Below, piece after piece: positions 53,653 to 62,015 of a stretch of DNA of 64,000 nt. Source of the stretch: a virus. The translations under genes and the position numbers were made by a program. Below the pieces are notes generated by a model. That model was not told the DNA's origin. It worked only from the letters and a program-made list of their open reading frames with translations, and made no database searches. The DNA lies in IMG/VR virus record IMGVR_UViG_3300045988_098461, positions 20,546-84,545 of that record. One strand, given 5' to 3'. How positions within the stretch are numbered: the stretch's first letter is position 1; every line of letters begins with the position of its first letter.

Positions 53653-53881
53653 GACAGTTACTATGTACTCTGTCGTTTGTGACAGATGTGGAAAGACCTT
53701 CATTGATGAGTTTAATGGCATCGGGGCTTGGTTGGACGAAGGAACTGCAAAAGAGCAAGCAATGGAAAGCGAATGGGCAGAGATAGGCGATAAGCACTAC
53801 TGCCCAGACTGCTATGAGTTTGACGATGAGTTAGATGAGTACGTTCCTAAAAAGAAAGGAGGAAGCAATGAAAGAGCTTAA
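53645..53881 (+). CDS. zinc-ribbon protein (paralog of 58866..59075)
   Basis: TMYSVVCDRCG...KHYCPDC, with AGGAGG upstream. Confidence 0.55.
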   Translation: MIKTVTMYSVVCDRCGKTFIDEFNGIGAWLDEGTAKEQAMESEWAEIGDKHYCPDCYEFDDELDEYVPKKKGGSNERA

Positions 53882-54203
53882 AGATTTGGTGGTTGGTGAT
53901 GATGTTCTAGTTATAAGTAGGTATTATAGACGTATCGCCAAGGTTGATAAAGTGACAAAAACTCAAATTATTGCTAATAACGCTAGATTTAGGAGAGATT
54001 CTGGCTGGCAATATGGTGGCGATAGCTGGAATAGGAAAATTATATCTGTTCCTACAGAAAAGGAAATATCAGATGTTAAAGAAGAGAATCTTCGTAATAC
54101 TCTCGTCTACGCTATCAGTTCTTTTGATTTCAAACGCTTATCAACAGATGAGTTAAAACAAGTGTACAATATTGTAAAAGGCAAAGAAAATGAAAGAGAA
54201 TAA
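53868..54203 (+). CDS. hypothetical protein
   Basis: Start moved to MKELKDL after AGGAGGAAG. Confidence 0.5.
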   Translation: MKELKDLVVGDDVLVISRYYRRIAKVDKVTKTQIIANNARFRRDSGWQYGGDSWNRKIISVPTEKEISDVKEENLRNTLVYAISSFDFKRLSTDELKQVYNIVKGKENERE

Positions 54204-54351
54204 ACACTCATTAAAGATAAGTCGTGGCTACTTTGGCGAAACTACCCTTGATGGTTATCCTATAGCTACATATTCAAATGATGAATTGAAGATTCTAAAG
54301 AACCTGCTAGAAAAGGTTCTGTGTGAAGTAAATGGATATATTCATCTTTAG
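54190..54351 (+). CDS. small hypothetical protein (53 aa, hand-found)
   Basis: MKENKHSLKISRGYFGETTLDGYPIATYSNDELKILKNLLEKVLCEVNGYIHL. Confidence 0.3.
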   Translation: MKENKHSLKISRGYFGETTLDGYPIATYSNDELKILKNLLEKVLCEVNGYIHL

Positions 54352-54364
54352 AAAAGTAAAGCGT

Positions 54365-54787
54365 ATGGCACATAAAGAATTTAGGAAACCACCTCGTTAT
54401 ATGGTGGGTGATATAGTTTATAGTCACGGATTTATTTGTATTGTCTGTAGCATCTATCCGTTCAATATAGATTATTCTTACGACTTGAAAGTTATTGATG
54501 GGCAAAGCTTGGGCAAAATTTGTCAAAATGATATTATGCACGTTCATATTTGGGAAGAGTTTCTTAAAAAGAATGGATGGACATGTTATCGCTCAGAAGG
54601 AGAATGTTTTGGGCATAGGTGGTATAAACACCAAGAATACCCTTTCACTTTGCGATATAATAATTTCTTGGGAATTATCGGAGTATCTTTCAATGACGGA
54701 AAAGACGATACTGTTATGATAAAATGTGTAGATGAACTCCAACATATTCTTTTTGGCTTGCAATTAGATAGCAATTTAAAAATATAA
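54365..54787 (+). CDS. hypothetical protein (paralog of 54958..55359)
   Basis: Shares the C-terminal motif ..LQHI[LF]F[GS]L.. and the upstream AGTAAAGCGTATGG. Confidence 0.5.
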   Translation: MAHKEFRKPPRYMVGDIVYSHGFICIVCSIYPFNIDYSYDLKVIDGQSLGKICQNDIMHVHIWEEFLKKNGWTCYRSEGECFGHRWYKHQEYPFTLRYNNFLGIIGVSFNDGKDDTVMIKCVDELQHILFGLQLDSNLKI

Positions 54788-54791
54788 GCGT

Positions 54792-54944
54792 ATGTATTTT
54801 GAATATAGAATAGTCAAAATTGAGAAAGGTTTGTTTCTCATCGAGTATAGAACCGCTCCTTATGGAGTTTGGCATGAAGTAAAAAACAAACAGTTCAAGA
54901 CTAAGCCAAAGGCAGAAGCTTGGGCTAGAAAGAACTTAGGTTAA
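54792..54944 (+). CDS. small hypothetical protein (50 aa, hand-found)
   Basis: MYFEYRIVKIEKGLFLIEYRTAPYGVWHEVKNKQFKTKPKAEAWARKNLG. Confidence 0.35.
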   Translation: MYFEYRIVKIEKGLFLIEYRTAPYGVWHEVKNKQFKTKPKAEAWARKNLG

Positions 54945-54957
54945 TGAAGTAAAGCGT

Positions 54958-55359
54958 ATGGATAAGCTAGAATACATTCCAGGAGATTTTATCTCTGTAT
55001 ATGTAGGTGTAAAGAAATATATCGTTGAGGTAATTGGTACGGAAAACGAAAATGAAGTACTCTCATACCAAATCAAGTTCCCAAATGGAGAAATTCAATA
55101 TGCTGATAAGGATAATATTGTTCCGATTCCTCTCACTCCAGAGATTCTAGAGAAGAACGGATGGAAGAACGATGGCTATGATTGGTATAAATTGCCAACA
55201 AAAAGAGCTTATCTGTATATAACAAAAGATATAATAACTTTGGGTGAGTTCTTGGTGTGCGTAGGTCTAGACAGACACAATCTTGCTAGTATTAACTTTG
55301 TTCATCAGTTACAGCACATTTTCTTTAGCTTGAATATTAATCACAAAATGGAGGTGTAG
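54958..55359 (+). CDS. hypothetical protein (paralog of 54365..54787)
   Basis: 133-aa ORF. Confidence 0.5.
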   Translation: MDKLEYIPGDFISVYVGVKKYIVEVIGTENENEVLSYQIKFPNGEIQYADKDNIVPIPLTPEILEKNGWKNDGYDWYKLPTKRAYLYITKDIITLGEFLVCVGLDRHNLASINFVHQLQHIFFSLNINHKMEV

Positions 55360-55361
55360 GT

Positions 55362-55478
55362 ATGGCAAAGTGTCCTTTTAATAAATATAAAGAGTGTCAA
55401 GAATCAGATTCGAGATATTGTTATTGTACTCTTCCATGTGATGTGTATAATAATTATAAGAATAAGTTGTTAACTTAA
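55362..55478 (+). CDS. small Cys-rich peptide (38 aa, hand-found)
   Basis: MAKCPFNKYKECQESDSRYCYCTLPCDVYNNYKNKLLT, with GGAGGTG upstream. Confidence 0.3.
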   Translation: MAKCPFNKYKECQESDSRYCYCTLPCDVYNNYKNKLLT

Positions 55479-55490
55479 AAGTATAGAGAT

Positions 55491-55706
55491 ATGAAATTAG
55501 GAGAACTCAGAAAAATCATAGCAGATATAGACACAGTATATGATAATTGTGATGTAACTTGTTATGAGAGCAATGGTAATTTAGGATATGCAAGTATTGC
55601 AACTACTGCTTATCTTGGGAAGACGTATGTAAATCAAGGCTATCCTATACGTAGAACATTTCAAATTCAATTCAATTACCAGATAAAATTAAAAATAATT
55701 ATTTAA
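55491..55706 (+). CDS. hypothetical protein
   Basis: 71-aa ORF. Confidence 0.45.
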   Translation: MKLGELRKIIADIDTVYDNCDVTCYESNGNLGYASIATTAYLGKTYVNQGYPIRRTFQIQFNYQIKLKIII

Positions 55707-55741
55707 AGTAACTAACCGCCCTCGGGCATAATTTTAAAGAT
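55707..55741 (+). repeat. intercistronic element copy 1 (TAACTAACC - hairpin - ATAAnT..AAG..AT - ATG)
   Basis: AGTAACTAACC GCCC-TC-GGGC ATAATTTTAAAGAT. Confidence 0.5.
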
Positions 55742-56047
55742 ATGACAAAAGAAGAATTAGAAGCAAAGGTATCAATACAGAAAGACATCATTCGTAATGC
55801 CAATTATCAGATTTATTCTGATGTGAATAAATATATCAAAAGTCTTCCTTTCAAGGTTAACGACAAGGTAAGATGCTCAAGATTTGATATTTGTTGGATT
55901 GTTAGTTTAGTTCCATGTAATAGCAATGGTTATTATAATGGAAAGATTCAGGTTAGAGTTAATATTCCCAAGAAAGATGGCACTCGTTCTAACCGAGAAT
56001 ACTTAATTTATAGTTGGGAAGTCGATAGTATAAAGAAGATTGATTAA
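55742..56047 (+). CDS. hypothetical protein (paralog of 56079..56408)
   Basis: Both have an N-terminal coiled coil followed by LPF[KQ].[ND]DKV. Confidence 0.5.
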   Translation: MTKEELEAKVSIQKDIIRNANYQIYSDVNKYIKSLPFKVNDKVRCSRFDICWIVSLVPCNSNGYYNGKIQVRVNIPKKDGTRSNREYLIYSWEVDSIKKID

Positions 56048-56078
56048 CTATCCCTTATGGGATATAAATAGAAGTAAT
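56048..56078 (+). repeat. intercistronic element copy 2
   Basis: (TGATTAA)CT ATCCC-TTAT-GGGAT ATAAATAGAAGTAAT. Confidence 0.5.
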
Positions 56079-56408
56079 ATGACAGAAATAGAATTATACA
56101 ACAAATTACAAAATGTAGAAGGTCGTTTAAAGATGATGGATTCACAAATATTAGAGCTTCGCAAAAAGCAGAATGGTATAATGAACGACTTTCTTAGTTT
56201 GTTACCTTTTCAAGAAGGTGACAAAGTGAAAGATAAAAATGGCAATATCTTTATCATAGAACGTCTAAAAAGAGCCATGTCTCTTGGCAAGAATGAAATC
56301 AAGGTTCATTTTTTTATCCGAAAAATAAAGAAAAACGGAGAACCTTACAAAGACGTAAACCAAGCTTGGGGAATTGATTATTTTTCCCTTGAGAAAGTAG
56401 TAGAGTAA
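56079..56408 (+). CDS. hypothetical protein
   Basis: Start moved to MTEIELY directly after element copy 2. Confidence 0.5.
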   Translation: MTEIELYNKLQNVEGRLKMMDSQILELRKKQNGIMNDFLSLLPFQEGDKVKDKNGNIFIIERLKRAMSLGKNEIKVHFFIRKIKKNGEPYKDVNQAWGIDYFSLEKVVE

Positions 56409-56443
56409 TAACCATCCTGTAATTGATATAAATAAAAAGTAAC
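56409..56443 (+). repeat. intercistronic element copy 3 (weak hairpin)
   Basis: TAACC ATCCTGTAATTGAT ATAAATAAAAAGTAAC. Confidence 0.4.
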
Positions 56444-56659
56444 ATGAATACAGAAAAATTAGAAAGAGCAAACATCTTAGCCAAGAGTTTAATTCCTAAA
56501 GTAAATGAACTCTTAAATTTGTCTCCAAAATCAATGCGTAGTAGTCTTGCTGATGCTATTTGTGGGCTTTCAGAGTGTGATGAAGAGTTTAAAACAAAAT
56601 TCAAGCAGCTTCTGAATGAAACAAAACAGAGATTTCAGAAAGAGTTTGATGAGATTTAG
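56444..56659 (+). CDS. hypothetical protein
   Basis: 71-aa ORF. Confidence 0.5.
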   Translation: MNTEKLERANILAKSLIPKVNELLNLSPKSMRSSLADAICGLSECDEEFKTKFKQLLNETKQRFQKEFDEI

Positions 56660-56696
56660 TAACTAACCGTCCTTATAGGACATAAATATAAGTGAT
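56660..56696 (+). repeat. intercistronic element copy 4
   Basis: TAACTAACC GTCCT-TAT-AGGAC ATAAATATAAGTGAT. Confidence 0.5.
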
Positions 56697-57284
56697 ATGT
56701 TAAAAGCTATGTTAAGTCAGCCAATGGCTAGAAAAACAGACGAAGAAATCGTAAGCTGGCTGAATCAGCACATTTTTTTTGAAAGTGGGTACGATATTAC
56801 TGAAGGACCATTCCCATTACCGGCAACTATTGGTGAGGGGTTTAGGTTTCAATCATTAGATTTTTTCAATAAAAATGTGGTTGACTATGTTACAAAAGCC
56901 AGCCGTAAAAATGGTAAGCGTGTGTTACGTTTTAGAATTTCAACTTTTATCGGGTTATGTGGAGGAGCCTGTCATTATTTCTGTAAGGCATATTCAGCAA
57001 TTCACAACACAGATGTCAATGATGCATCACATTATATCAGTGGATATATTACAGATGTAGATGACAAGGCAATAGATATTCCGAGTGAATCTCGTTCCCT
57101 TGCATTTGATATTGGCGTTCCTTTAACGAAGGAAATGATACAAAGAGATATGGGACATTATGAATACTCAGAAGTTGGCGATTGTGGCACAGCGTTACGT
57201 TCCAAAGATGACTTTTATGAAGTCATTGAAAAGCTAAAAGAAGTGTTTGATATGGAACAATGGAGTTTTGAAATTGATGAATAA
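56697..57284 (+). CDS. hypothetical protein
   Basis: 195-aa ORF. Confidence 0.55.
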   Translation: MLKAMLSQPMARKTDEEIVSWLNQHIFFESGYDITEGPFPLPATIGEGFRFQSLDFFNKNVVDYVTKASRKNGKRVLRFRISTFIGLCGGACHYFCKAYSAIHNTDVNDASHYISGYITDVDDKAIDIPSESRSLAFDIGVPLTKEMIQRDMGHYEYSEVGDCGTALRSKDDFYEVIEKLKEVFDMEQWSFEIDE

Positions 57285-57302
57285 CATTAACTAGGTAAAA
57301 CT

Positions 57303-57407
57303 ATGAACAAAGAAATAAAACATTACACAGAAACAAAAGCAATTAAGGCAATGCCTATGACAATGGGAAGCCTACGAGCGCAAGCTTTTGAAATGGTAAC
57401 AGAGTAA
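57303..57407 (+). CDS. small hypothetical peptide (34 aa, hand-found)
   Basis: MNKEIKHYTETKAIKAMPMTMGSLRAQAFEMVTE. Confidence 0.25.
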   Translation: MNKEIKHYTETKAIKAMPMTMGSLRAQAFEMVTE

Positions 57408-57455
57408 CTAACCACCCTCTCCCTTTTACAGGAGAGGGTAAAAAGAAGAAAAGGG
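57408..57455 (+). repeat. intercistronic element copy 5 (longest hairpin)
   Basis: CTAACC A CCCTCTCC-CTTTTACA-GGAGAGGG TAAAAAGAAGAAAAGGG. Confidence 0.5.
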
Positions 57456-57740
57456 ATGATAAGACAATCAGGAATAAAAACAGAAAGAATCAGAAGCGGA
57501 ATGTACCAATTATATTACAAACACCACTCGCCAATAATATTAAGAGTTGATAATATCGGGTGGCAGGCTATACTTCCTTCTGGTGGATTTGCAAATGCAA
57601 GAACAAAAGCACAATGTGTTATACTTGCATGTTTGGAAATTGATAAAACAGAACCAATAGAGGAAGACCTTGCTACAGGCAAATATGTTAGTTGGTGGCA
57701 AGATGACCCTATGTTTAAGGCAAAGGAGGATAAGCAATGA
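57456..57740 (+). CDS. hypothetical protein
   Basis: 94-aa ORF. Confidence 0.5.
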   Translation: MIRQSGIKTERIRSGMYQLYYKHHSPIILRVDNIGWQAILPSGGFANARTKAQCVILACLEIDKTEPIEEDLATGKYVSWWQDDPMFKAKEDKQ

Positions 57741-57910
57741 GTAAAGAATCCGTAATACAAAGCATGAAGGAAGATTTAGATTATCGTAATGCTTTCGGAA
57801 AATATATAACGTCTTGCGAAGGCTATCTTTTGGCTATGCATGCACTGAGTGCGCCTAGTGTAGCAGAAGAATATGCTAAATGGAAATTAATGGATTTGGG
57901 GCTATTATGA
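57737..57910 (+). CDS. small hypothetical protein (57 aa, hand-found)
   Basis: ATGA overlap with the upstream stop and AGGAGGA upstream. Confidence 0.35.
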   Translation: MSKESVIQSMKEDLDYRNAFGKYITSCEGYLLAMHALSAPSVAEEYAKWKLMDLGLL

Positions 57911-58077
57911 CAAGAGAAGAATTACAAAATAAATTCGGCGATGCTATCTGTGAGTATTGCAACAAGAACATTATTTCAAAATATAACATCGGCATAGGTT
58001 GGCTTTGCGAAGGTTTGTTTTGCGAGGAAGCACAAGATGGCTACGCAGCAGAAAATAACATAGAGTTGGAGGATTGA
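57907..58077 (+). CDS. small Cys-rich protein
   Basis: Start moved to MTREELQ (ATGA overlap). Confidence 0.45.
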   Translation: MTREELQNKFGDAICEYCNKNIISKYNIGIGWLCEGLFCEEAQDGYAAENNIELED

Positions 58078-58078
58078 T

Positions 58079-58315
58079 ATGAAAATCTTGAAGCGATTAG
58101 TATATGTGTTACTTATGATTCCTATATGTACTATAGTATTCGTAATTGAAGGTTCTTTGTTGCCTTTAATCATACCAGCAATATGGGTAATAACAGGAAG
58201 TACTATATTACGAGTGAAAGAAACTAAAGAATGTGAATCATTCTATGTATACACTATTACTCAGATAGTGTATTATAGTATGGATAAGTATTTAACTAAA
58301 TTATTAAAGCTATGA
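58079..58315 (+). CDS. membrane protein
   Basis: Two hydrophobic helices. Confidence 0.5.
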   Translation: MKILKRLVYVLLMIPICTIVFVIEGSLLPLIIPAIWVITGSTILRVKETKECESFYVYTITQIVYYSMDKYLTKLLKL

Positions 58316-58716
58316 ATAGAATTGAAGCTAAAGAATTTTATCCTTTCTTGCAAGCTTTTGCAGAAGGCAAGATAATAGAAACAAGAAGAAAACCGAGTGC
58401 CATAAAAGGTACAAGTGTTCCGAATAATTGGACGGAAATGACAGAGATTGAGTTTTGGAATAATACAGAGTATCGCATCAAGCCAGAGTCTACCTACCGC
58501 CCTTTCAAGGACGCAGAAGAGTGCTGGGCAGAGATGCAAAAGCATCAGCCGTTTGGGTGGGTGAAGGATAAGGACACACAAAAGTTTTTAGTATGCAAGG
58601 CTCTTGGGAAACTTTTTTTCATAGGTATTGAAGATAAACCTTATAACTACAAGGAGGTATTAAGAGACTATACCTTTGCCGATGGCACTCCATTTGGCGT
58701 AGAAGTGGAGGAATAG
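58312..58716 (+). CDS. hypothetical protein
   Basis: 134-aa ORF with an ATGA overlap. Confidence 0.5.
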   Translation: MNRIEAKEFYPFLQAFAEGKIIETRRKPSAIKGTSVPNNWTEMTEIEFWNNTEYRIKPESTYRPFKDAEECWAEMQKHQPFGWVKDKDTQKFLVCKALGKLFFIGIEDKPYNYKEVLRDYTFADGTPFGVEVEE

Positions 58717-58718
58717 TT

Positions 58719-58862
58719 ATGGGAGTATCAAGGAGAGCCTATCAAGAATTGATAGACGGAGATATAGAATGGCTTCTTAGACAGCCTAGAGACCTCGAAA
58801 GAGACCATATAGAGGCAGTGCTAAGAAAGAGTGTTGAACTTTTATACGGAAAGGAGAAATAG
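58719..58862 (+). CDS. small hypothetical protein (47 aa, hand-found)
   Basis: GGAGGAA upstream. MGVSRRAYQELIDGDIEWLLRQPRDLERDHIEAVLRKSVELLYGKEK. Confidence 0.3.
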   Translation: MGVSRRAYQELIDGDIEWLLRQPRDLERDHIEAVLRKSVELLYGKEK

Positions 58863-58865
58863 CTT

Positions 58866-59075
58866 ATGTATAGACCGATTACAATGTATCAGATTGTTTG
58901 CGATAGATGCGGAGAAGTATTTGGCGGTACAGATACTTGCTCTGCACTATTCCACGACAAAAGTACTGATATTGAAGACTTCTCAAACTGGAAGATGATT
59001 GATGGTAAACACTATTGTCCTGTGTGCGATGGGGTGAGGTCATTAATGGAGTGTATACCTTTAAAGAAAAAATAG
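58866..59075 (+). CDS. zinc-ribbon protein (paralog of 53645..53881)
   Basis: TMYQIVCDRCG...KHYCPVC. Confidence 0.5.
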   Translation: MYRPITMYQIVCDRCGEVFGGTDTCSALFHDKSTDIEDFSNWKMIDGKHYCPVCDGVRSLMECIPLKKK

Positions 59076-59077
59076 TT

Positions 59078-59332
59078 ATGGCAACATATAGAATAGTAGA
59101 TATGTATCGTAAAAGCAAGGCTGTTAGAGGCATACATTACGATTCTCAGGATAATCCAATCCTTGCTTATCGTGTAGATAAGAGACATTCATTGTTATTT
59201 GGACTTATCCATTATTGGGATTATGGTGCATATAACCTTTGCCCAGACTATTTGTTTTCTTCGATTGATAAAGCAGAAGAAGCTATATTGAAGGTAGATA
59301 AAAGTAAAAGAATAACAATTTTATATGAATAG
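59078..59332 (+). CDS. hypothetical protein
   Basis: Start moved to MATYRIV. Confidence 0.45.
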   Translation: MATYRIVDMYRKSKAVRGIHYDSQDNPILAYRVDKRHSLLFGLIHYWDYGAYNLCPDYLFSSIDKAEEAILKVDKSKRITILYE

Positions 59333-59335
59333 CTT

Positions 59336-59704
59336 ATGAAAATAAAAAACATAAAATTCAAGGCTAAGCAGCTCAACTCAGGAAAATGGTTTGAGGGCGA
59401 TTTAGTACGTCTTGGGAATAGGGTATGTATAGGAGGAGACCATATAAAAGATGGTATAACTGACGTTGACCCTTCTACAGTCTGTATGTTCACAGGGTTG
59501 AAAGATTGTGAAGGAAATGAGATTTGGGAAGGTGATATTATAAGTAGCCCACACTTTGAAAGGGTAGCCACAGTAAAATGGGATGATTCTTTATGTGGTT
59601 TTAAATGTTCAGATGTTACTGGGAATATTAATTTTTCTTTTACAGCTATTGCTCACTGTTCTGAATGGTCAATTGTTGGTAATAAATTCGATAAAAAGAA
59701 GTAG
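59336..59704 (+). CDS. YopX-family protein
   Basis: ...GKWFEGDLV...CMFTGLKDCEGNEIWEGDII.... Confidence 0.7.
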   Translation: MKIKNIKFKAKQLNSGKWFEGDLVRLGNRVCIGGDHIKDGITDVDPSTVCMFTGLKDCEGNEIWEGDIISSPHFERVATVKWDDSLCGFKCSDVTGNINFSFTAIAHCSEWSIVGNKFDKKK

Positions 59705-59707
59705 CGT

Positions 59708-59968
59708 ATGATTCTTAAAAAGAAAGATAAGCTAACGGCATATTGGGATAAGAAAGAGAACTGCATTGGTGCTTATCATCCTCTAGGGTTTATGACACAA
59801 ACAGATGCTCATTATCTCTTCGATAAGGTCTTCACCAAAGAGTTTGTCAAAGAAATGACTGATAGAGGATATGATGTTACAACTATGAAATTTGAAATCT
59901 CTCCAAAACTGCCGAACTATGAGCGATTCAATGGCTTATCAGAAAAGTATTACGGAAAGGAAAAATAG
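59708..59968 (+). CDS. hypothetical protein
   Basis: 86-aa ORF. Confidence 0.5.
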   Translation: MILKKKDKLTAYWDKKENCIGAYHPLGFMTQTDAHYLFDKVFTKEFVKEMTDRGYDVTTMKFEISPKLPNYERFNGLSEKYYGKEK

Positions 59969-59971
59969 TGT

Positions 59972-61207
59972 ATGGAGAAACGAATAATTTTAGACGAACA
60001 AGATATGAATGAGTTTACAAAGATTTTCGCAAAGACAATAGAAGATGAAGCTATCAAGCAGATAGAAGTTCTATCCAATAGCGATGCTTACTCTGGTTGT
60101 GAAATAAGAATAATGCCAGATTGTCACGCAGGTAAAGGCTGTACTATTGGTACGGTGATAGAGCTGGACAAAAGAGTAGTTCCTAACACCGTAGGAGTAG
60201 ATATAGGTTGCGGAATGAAAGTCGTTAGACTTGGTAAAGTTAATATTAATCTACAGAAATTTGACGAAGCAGTCAATACGTTGATTCCATCTGGTTTCAA
60301 TATCAACGAAGAAGCTTCTGCATACATACATGGATTAGTTGACGGCAATATGTTTGGCAAATTCCGTGCTTGGGATTGTCTTGACAGCATGGAAATAGTA
60401 TATCGTTCTGTTGGAAGTCTTGGCGGTGGCAATCACTTTATTGAGTTAGATGCAAATGAAGAAGGAGAGAAGTTTCTTGTGATACATACAGGAAGTAGAA
60501 ACCTTGGTGTTAGGGTATGCAACTATTACCAAAAACTTGCCTACGAGTATTGTCGTAAGAAAATAGCCGATAAGTCGGAGGTTATTGCCAAGTTGAAAAG
60601 CGAAGGAAGAGAAAAGGAAATACAGAGTGCTATCAAGTTGTTAGGTACTAGAGATATTAGCAAGGAACTTTCTTACTTGGAGGGCGATTTGCTTGATGAT
60701 TACTTAAATGATATGCGTATAGTTCAGAAATATGCCGAGCATAATAGAAGAATTATAGCTAACAGACTCGTCAATGCTCTAGGTGTGGATATTGACCCAA
60801 ATTCAGACAAGCATTCTTTTACAACCATTCACAACTATATAGATACAGACAAGGGCATATTGCGAAAAGGAGCTATCAGTGCAAAAAAGGATGAGGTAGT
60901 CATTATCCCAATGAATATGCGTGATGGTTCTCTTATCTGCAAGGGAAAAGGTAACAAAGATTGGCTATGCTCTGCCCCACATGGAGCAGGTAGATTGATG
61001 TCTCGTACGCAAGCGAAGAAAGAGTTATCTATGGATTCTTACAAGAATGAAATGAATGGCATCTATTCTAGTTCTGTATGCGAAGAGACGATTGACGAAG
61101 CACCTATGGCATATAAATCAACAGAAGAGATTGTTGAGCTAATAAAACCTACGGTTGATGTGATAGATGTTATTAAACCAATTTACAACTTTAAAGCAAA
61201 ATTATAA
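59972..61207 (+). CDS. rtcB: RtcB-family RNA 3'-phosphate ligase
   Basis: MPDCHAGKGCTIG, GVDIGCGM, GGGNHFIE, HTGSRNLG, IHNYI and SAPHGAGR motifs. Confidence 0.9.
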   Translation: MEKRIILDEQDMNEFTKIFAKTIEDEAIKQIEVLSNSDAYSGCEIRIMPDCHAGKGCTIGTVIELDKRVVPNTVGVDIGCGMKVVRLGKVNINLQKFDEAVNTLIPSGFNINEEASAYIHGLVDGNMFGKFRAWDCLDSMEIVYRSVGSLGGGNHFIELDANEEGEKFLVIHTGSRNLGVRVCNYYQKLAYEYCRKKIADKSEVIAKLKSEGREKEIQSAIKLLGTRDISKELSYLEGDLLDDYLNDMRIVQKYAEHNRRIIANRLVNALGVDIDPNSDKHSFTTIHNYIDTDKGILRKGAISAKKDEVVIIPMNMRDGSLICKGKGNKDWLCSAPHGAGRLMSRTQAKKELSMDSYKNEMNGIYSSSVCEETIDEAPMAYKSTEEIVELIKPTVDVIDVIKPIYNFKAKL

Positions 61208-61422
61208 TGAGCAAGGAAACATTTGACTTCTCGGAGGCTCTGAGAAGAATGAAGGAGGGGAAGAAAGTGAGACGTAAGATTTTTGCGGACGGCACATACG
61301 CATACATTGATAAGAACTATCTTGGTTCAGAGGCATTAATGTATAATAGCGTAGGAAGAGCTGCACCAGTTTTATGGTTACTTCCTGAGACTATTCTCGC
61401 AACAGACTGGGAGGAGGTGTAA
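61207..61422 (+). CDS. DUF2829 (Tad2-like) protein
   Basis: FDFSEALRRMKEGKKVRRK...ILATDWEEV matches the DUF2829 pattern. TAATG coupling to rtcB. Confidence 0.6.
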   Translation: MSKETFDFSEALRRMKEGKKVRRKIFADGTYAYIDKNYLGSEALMYNSVGRAAPVLWLLPETILATDWEEV

Positions 61423-61424
61423 GG

Positions 61425-61817
61425 ATGGAAAAGAAAGTATTGACCCTCACCGTCAGCAAGCAATGGTTCGACATGATTGCGGACGGAAGAAAGAATGAAG
61501 AGTATCGGACAATAAAAGGATATTGGGTAAAACGCCTTTTCTTATTATGGAATGAAGATACTTGTACCAACGAGAAGATACCCACTCATTGCGTTAAAAA
61601 CTGGGATAGTATTAGCCCCGAAATGGCTAACTATTGCATCAATAGTCCATATTACAAGGCTATTCCTTACACACACGTCCTCTTCATCAACGGCTACCGC
61701 AAGGATAGTCCACGAATTGAGAAGGAGATAGAGAGCATTAGTATCGGCAAGCCTAAGGAAGGCTTATGCCCCGATAAATGGCTTGATACCGAGTTTTTTA
61801 TCATTAAATTCAAGTGA
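61425..61817 (+). CDS. ASCH-domain protein
   Basis: LTLTVSKQWFDMIADGRKNEEYRTIK...HVLFINGY.... Confidence 0.55.
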   Translation: MEKKVLTLTVSKQWFDMIADGRKNEEYRTIKGYWVKRLFLLWNEDTCTNEKIPTHCVKNWDSISPEMANYCINSPYYKAIPYTHVLFINGYRKDSPRIEKEIESISIGKPKEGLCPDKWLDTEFFIIKFK

Positions 61818-61818
61818 T

Positions 61819-61989
61819 ATGAATTACATACAATGTGATGAATGTAAATATAGATTAGTCTGTAACGGAGAGCCACTTACTAGTGGAAGTACAGGAAGTT
61901 GCGACCATCGTGTTATCAGCAATACTCCTATATCTCCAAAGATTAAGACACCACCAGATGAAAGATACGCTGACATTTGGAATTGGTAA
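61819..61989 (+). CDS. small Cys-rich protein
   Basis: Start moved to MNYIQCDECKY. Confidence 0.4.
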   Translation: MNYIQCDECKYRLVCNGEPLTSGSTGSCDHRVISNTPISPKIKTPPDERYADIWNW

Positions 61990-62015
61990 ATATTCATAAA
62001 TTAAGTTTAAGGGAT

